A stretch of 64,000 bases of DNA from NCBI GenBank assembly GCA_965153285.1, contig OZ229115.1. The stretch is one strand, 5' to 3'. Under the pieces are notes generated by a model. That model saw only the letters and a list, made by a program, of their open reading frames with translations, was not told the origin of the DNA and searched no databases. Below, one piece after another: positions 62,601 to 64,000 of this stretch. Positions within the stretch are counted from its first letter, which is position 1. Each line of letters begins with the position of its first letter. Source of the stretch: Podarcis tiliguerta (taxonomy: Eukaryota). Both the position numbers and the translations under genes were made by a program.

Positions 62601-62769
62601 TCTTCCAGCCATCCAAAATAGTGAAAGTCCAGGCTTCCCCGTTCCTAAAGGATTCCCTGGAAGTTCGCTTAACCAGTGGAACCAAAGCTGCAGATGTCCT
62701 GAGGCAGTTCCAGAAGAACCTCTGTCAAAACGGCTGGAATATTGTCAACACGGTCAAACTTATCAAATG
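32258..62769 (+). CDS. ARHGAP40: Rho GTPase-activating protein 40; 13 coding exons in window, 3' end outside window
   Basis: Spliced translation contains MDTFWLEVESI, EGEAEAEWLQDAGLS, LLSTLTKTQAAAVQRRLD, PVRDVRDIFG, KFKIPKGRLGVTRIGDLSLQDMKK, GLDTEGILRVSGS, LLKRFIRELPTPLLTAEYLPAF, NKMNLWNVSTVIAPNLF and VASFLVSQVRKLN. From recall of the family, these fit ARHGAP40 better than ARHGAP18 or ARHGAP28. All splice phases are consistent. Confidence 0.93.
34906..35038 (-). mobile_element. tRNA-headed SINE with CR1-type tail
   Basis: catagaattgtggagttggaagggacc tail followed by the reverse complement of a tRNA-like head (ggcttgaactcacaaccctgagattaagagtc). Confidence 0.7.
35570..35850 (-). mobile_element. 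Degenerate L2 LINE fragment
   Basis: ggcttgcctaaacaaaaatgttttta...ggcagggagttcca is the reverse complement of an L2 ORF2 end (WNSLP...KTFLF). Confidence 0.6.
35857..36000 (+). mobile_element. tRNA(Ile)-like-headed SINE with CR1-type tail; related fragments at ~38970-39080 and ~49075-49175
   Basis: gcctggatagctcaattggt...gctgataatgccaaggttgcaagttcgatcc followed by cattgcacaggattggactag. Confidence 0.75.
36234..36487. mobile_element. Tigger-like MITE
   Basis: TIRs CAGTGGTACCTCGGGAT/ATCCCGAGGTATGACTG; inverted relative at 59983. Confidence 0.88.
37873..38413 (-). mobile_element. Rex1/Babar LINE 3' fragment
   Basis: Frameshifted FYHCTVESVLTYGLCVWFGS / HPGNDLFQLLPSGRRYRVIRTRTSRLRNSFYPNAILVLN, the characteristic Rex1/Babar ORF C-terminus; AATAAA near the 3' end. 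Confidence 0.88.
39390..39579. mobile_element. Palindromic MITE; related copies at ~11915-12180 and ~22080-22215
   Basis: Long inverted arms ctgttgtat...atacaacag with aggatcctgggaactgtagttt/aaactacagctcccaggattct. Confidence 0.75.
41618..41670. repeat. (GAA)n microsatellite
   Basis: Seen directly in the sequence. Confidence 0.95.
41761..42024 (-). mobile_element. RTE-clade LINE 3' fragment
   Basis: ORF 41828..42103 ends AREKRARRKAR...NQCPHCERTRGSIIGLHSHLRTHC; (GAA)-type tail. Confidence 0.85.
42106..42470 (+). mobile_element. Sauria SINE (young, CpG-rich) in ARHGAP40 intron 1
   Basis: Full length with (CCTTTA)n tail; perfect TSD TAATACATGC (42096-42105, 42471-42480). Confidence 0.95.
43352..43675 (+). 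mobile_element. Non-autonomous hAT element with an internal ~70-bp duplication
   Basis: Same family as 6778; perfect TSD CCATAGGA. Confidence 0.9.
44671..45014 (+). mobile_element. CR1 LINE 3' fragment
   Basis: IAMFKYIKGCHIEEGERLFS...TRSNG...RFHLNIRKNFLTVRAVRQWNLLPRSVVESPSLDVFKQRLD; (TCTATGAT)n tail. Confidence 0.95.
46683..46850 (-). mobile_element. Old CR1-type 3' UTR fragment; relatives at ~7360-7545, 49250-49405, 60254-60810 and 61248-61390
   Basis: Recurrent motif taagaatataagagcttgctggatcaggccaatg..catctag..cagc.tcctgttctca. Confidence 0.65.
46866..47383. mobile_element. Cluster of abutting or nested Tigger-like MITEs
   Basis: Multiple CAGTGGTACCTC-type TIRs; segments homologous to the 11604 and 36234 families. 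Confidence 0.82.
47494..47593 (+). mobile_element. CR1 LINE 3' end (short)
   Basis: Near-identical to the 3' end of the 44671 copy. Confidence 0.9.
48270..48466 (+). CDS. ARHGAP40: ARHGAP40 coding exon 2 (NCACRMSRFPRK...MDTFWLEVESIKE...KPPE)
   Basis: Acceptor cctcattag| (in-frame alternative at 48285); donor AAG|GTAAAA, phase 1; inside ORF 48124..48483. Confidence 0.88.
48591..48980. mobile_element. Tc1/mariner (pogo-like) MITE with internal hairpin repeats
   Basis: TIRs CTGTATTTTTCGCTCT/AGAGCGAAAAATACGG; TA TSD; duplicated ataagatgcacc subterminal motif. Confidence 0.88.
49831..50076. mobile_element. Tigger-like MITE
   Basis: TIRs CAGTTGTACCTTGGTTCTTGAAC/GTTCAAGAACCAAGGTACAACT. Confidence 0.87.
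51881..52101 (+). CDS. ARHGAP40: ARHGAP40 coding exon 3 (EGEAEAEWLQDAGLS...DIFGVVGSA)
   Basis: Polypyrimidine tract plus ctctcag|; donor GCG|GTGTGT, phase 0; conserved family N-terminal block. Confidence 0.93.
53930..54005 (+). CDS. ARHGAP40: ARHGAP40 coding exon 4 (ETEPETNLEMDRSHRKPASSNNIQK)
   Basis: 76 nt; catgtag| acceptor and AAA|GTAAGA donor; supplies the phase 0 to phase 1 change needed between exons 3 and 5. Poorly conserved linker. Confidence 0.75.
55036..55196 (+). CDS. ARHGAP40: ARHGAP40 coding exon 5 (DPTETQ...EELFSTEIAYSEQAAILL...SCLP)
   Basis: TAGCAG tandem acceptor (start 55036 or 55039); donor CCT|GTAAGT; AYSEQA family motif. Confidence 0.9.
55346..55511 (+). CDS. ARHGAP40: ARHGAP40 coding exon 6 (KFKIPKGRLGVTRIGDLS...KRKAA)
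   Basis: ctttag| acceptor; CAG|GTACCT donor; 166 nt; conserved GxTRIGDL motif. Confidence 0.95.
56231..56322 (+). CDS. ARHGAP40: ARHGAP40 coding exon 7 (ERKLFGVSLGTLLENDEKLFPNTRVPLILQA), start of RhoGAP domain
   Basis: ttgcag| acceptor; GCA|GTAAGT donor; LFGV motif. Confidence 0.95.
56466..56543 (+). CDS. ARHGAP40: ARHGAP40 coding exon 8 (LLSCLEKKGLDTEGILRVSGSQSRIK) with the arginine finger
   Basis: tttatag| acceptor; AAG|GTAGAA donor; EGILRV catalytic Arg codon at 56514-56516. Confidence 0.95.
56654..56899 (-). mobile_element. Non-autonomous hAT element
   Basis: Inverted copy of the 6778 family; perfect TSD ATCTACAG. Confidence 0.92.
58271..58430 (+). CDS. ARHGAP40: ARHGAP40 coding exon 9 (SLEQKLESEFY...LLKRFIRELPTPLLTAEYLPAFAAVQ)
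   Basis: ttttccag| acceptor; AAA|GTGAGT donor; RhoGAP KxFxRELPxPL motif. Confidence 0.95.
59050..59279. mobile_element. Tigger-like MITE (degenerate)
   Basis: Termini agtcaaacc/ggtttgact; body related to the 49831 and 28080 elements. Confidence 0.75.
59373..59455 (+). CDS. ARHGAP40: ARHGAP40 coding exon 10 (NIPDLKQRLQALNLLILILPEPNRNTLK)
   Basis: attatag| acceptor; AAG|GTAATA donor; LPxxNRxTL motif. Confidence 0.95.
59703..59909 (+). CDS. ARHGAP40: ARHGAP40 coding exon 11 (ALLEFLRLVV...NKMNLWNVSTVIAPNLF...DLLWT)
   Basis: ttttccag| acceptor; ACT|GTAAGT donor; RhoGAP NxM..N...V.APNL motif. Confidence 0.95.
59983..60224. mobile_element. Tigger-like MITE
   Basis: TA-flanked; reverse-complement relative of 36234-36487. 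Confidence 0.85.
60371..60794. mobile_element. Non-autonomous hAT element inserted into a CR1-type fragment
   Basis: TIRs TAGAGCTGGG/CCCAGCTCTA; perfect 8-bp TSD ATTGTAAC. Confidence 0.9.
61018..61158 (+). CDS. ARHGAP40: ARHGAP40 coding exon 12 (VASFLVSQVRKLNE...EKNHGE)
   Basis: cttttag| acceptor; GAA|GTGAGT donor; 141 nt, phase 0/0. Confidence 0.93.
62609..62769 (+). CDS. ARHGAP40: ARHGAP40 coding exon 13 (PSKIVKVQASPFLKDSLEVRLTSGTKAADVLRQF...VKLIK)
   Basis: cttccag| acceptor; TG|GTAAAA donor, phase 2. Resembles the C-terminal VIxVQAP...L....KA.DVL segment of the ARHGAP18/28/40 family. Confidence 0.85.
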
Positions 62770-63016
62770 GTAAAAGCACCTCCTCTCCTTAGCTTAGAAG
62801 GAAATGTAGCTTGTCTTCTTTATGCGTGATTAGGCAGGAGGCTTTTTTTAATGTCTGTTGAGATGAGCAGCATTTAATGAAGGGCACTTCCACTGTGTCA
62901 CTTAAATCAGTCTTTTTGTTTTCTACGAGTGGAATCCAATGTAGAGCTACGCCAGTGGTCTGTCAGTGCAAGAATTTCTCTGTGTCAAAGGAAACGTTCT
63001 CTCCCTCTCAGATTTT

Positions 63017-63640
63017 ACACTGAGGTCCAGCTCCGAGGGCCTTCTGGCAGTTCCCTCACTGAGAGAAGTGAGGTTTTGGGGAACCAGGCAGAGGGCCTTC
63101 TTGGTAGTGGCGCCGCCCTATGGAACGCCCTCCCATCAGATGTCAAGGAAATAAACAACTATCTGACTTTTAGAAGACATCTGAAGGCAGCCCTGTTTAG
63201 GGAAGTTTTTAATTTTTGATGTGTTCTAATTTGTTGGAAGCCTCCCAGAGTGGCTGGGGTAACCCAGTCATATGGGTGCAGTGCCGGATTTACATGATAA
63301 GCTAGACAAGCTATAGCTTAGGGACCCTCTCTCTTGGGCCCTCCCCCCAAAAAAAAATTTAAAGGAAAAAAACCCTGGATGTACATTTCCAAAATATAAG
63401 ATAAAAAACAAACAAATTTGATAAAATTTGTTATGTGCAAATGGCTATAGATACCTGTTAGGTCCATAAATTTCCATATAGCATATATTCAACACAAAAA
63501 ACAGTGACAATTTGTTGTTGACAAAGGACAGCTGGACATATAAAGGGCCCCATTACCTTCAGTAGCTTAGGGCCTCATCAACCCTAAATCCGGCCCTGGA
63601 TGGGCGGCATATAAATAATAAATCATTAATATAATTATCC
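63017..63640 (+). mobile_element. L2 LINE 3' fragment interrupted by a hAT element
   Basis: LRSSSEGLLAVP...GTRQRAF.VVA / ALWNALPSDVKEINNYLTFRRHLKAALFREVF; 3' tail cctcccagagtggctgggg...gatgggcggcatataaataataa. Confidence 0.87.
63279..63598. mobile_element. Non-autonomous hAT element nested in the L2 tail
   Basis: TIRs CAGTGCCGGATTTA/TAAATCCGGCCCTG; TSD TATGGGTG/GATGGGCG. Confidence 0.85.
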
Positions 63641-64000
63641 CCCCACACCCGCTAAATGTCTTTTAGGGTCCCCCTCCCCCAATGGTCTGGAGCAGATCTG
63701 GGGAGTGCATAGGATGCATTCATGCGGAGGGGCAGAAAGCCCCATTGTTCATTGATGGGGCACAGTAGTTGATAGCTGGGAACTGTGTGTTCCATGCATA
63801 GTGTGCAAATGTTTCTGGATACAGGGGGAGACCATCCAGTGGTTGTGGTCTTTTTAAACCATTGCTGGCAACTCCTTAGGCCAGGTTTGGGTGCTGCTCT
63901 TGAGAGCCCCTAACTTCAGAGGAAAGCTTTTTTCGGGTTGGGGGTGAAACTGCTATTGAGAGGAGAAGCTAAAAGGGTTTATGTGAGTATGAAACACAAG

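Noticed and set aside
48124-62769. Assignment of the gene as ARHGAP18 or ARHGAP28
   Set aside because: Segments such as EGEAE..WLQD.GLS, KGRLGVTRIGDLSLQDM, GKEKQLAEGAA and WTVASFLV.QVRKLN fit my recall of ARHGAP40 better. A reciprocal BLAST would confirm this.
62915-63020. Possible ARHGAP40 exon 14
   Set aside because: No good YAG acceptor, and no frame gives the LYE(I/V)GGNIGE motif expected next in this family. The downstream part is L2. The real exon is presumably outside the window.

Overview
Vertebrate genomic DNA, almost certainly from a squamate reptile. The Sauria SINEs, BovB, CR1/L2/Rex-Babar fragments and dense hAT/Tc1-mariner MITEs suggest a lizard, probably a lacertid (inference). 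The one securely identified gene is ARHGAP40, a RhoGAP of the ARHGAP18/28/40 family, on the + strand. I assembled 13 coding exons by hand from ATG 32258 to 62769 (1853 nt, 617 codons + 2 nt). All introns are GT-AG with consistent phases, and the RhoGAP domain with its arginine finger is intact. The last exon(s) and the stop codon lie beyond the window. A CpG-island promoter at ~0.9-2.4 kb carries CCAAT, GC-box and several RFX X-box-like motifs. It may be bidirectional: there is a + strand donor site and a speculative minus-strand multi-exon ORF. The rest is intergenic or intronic DNA full of transposable elements, many with clear target-site duplications (TSDs) and several nested. Nearly all ORF-track entries are non-genic. 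I see no solid evidence of a new biological system. The best leads are the candidate divergent RFX-associated gene at the left edge, an in-frame uORF just before the ARHGAP40 start codon, and in-frame tandem splice acceptors.
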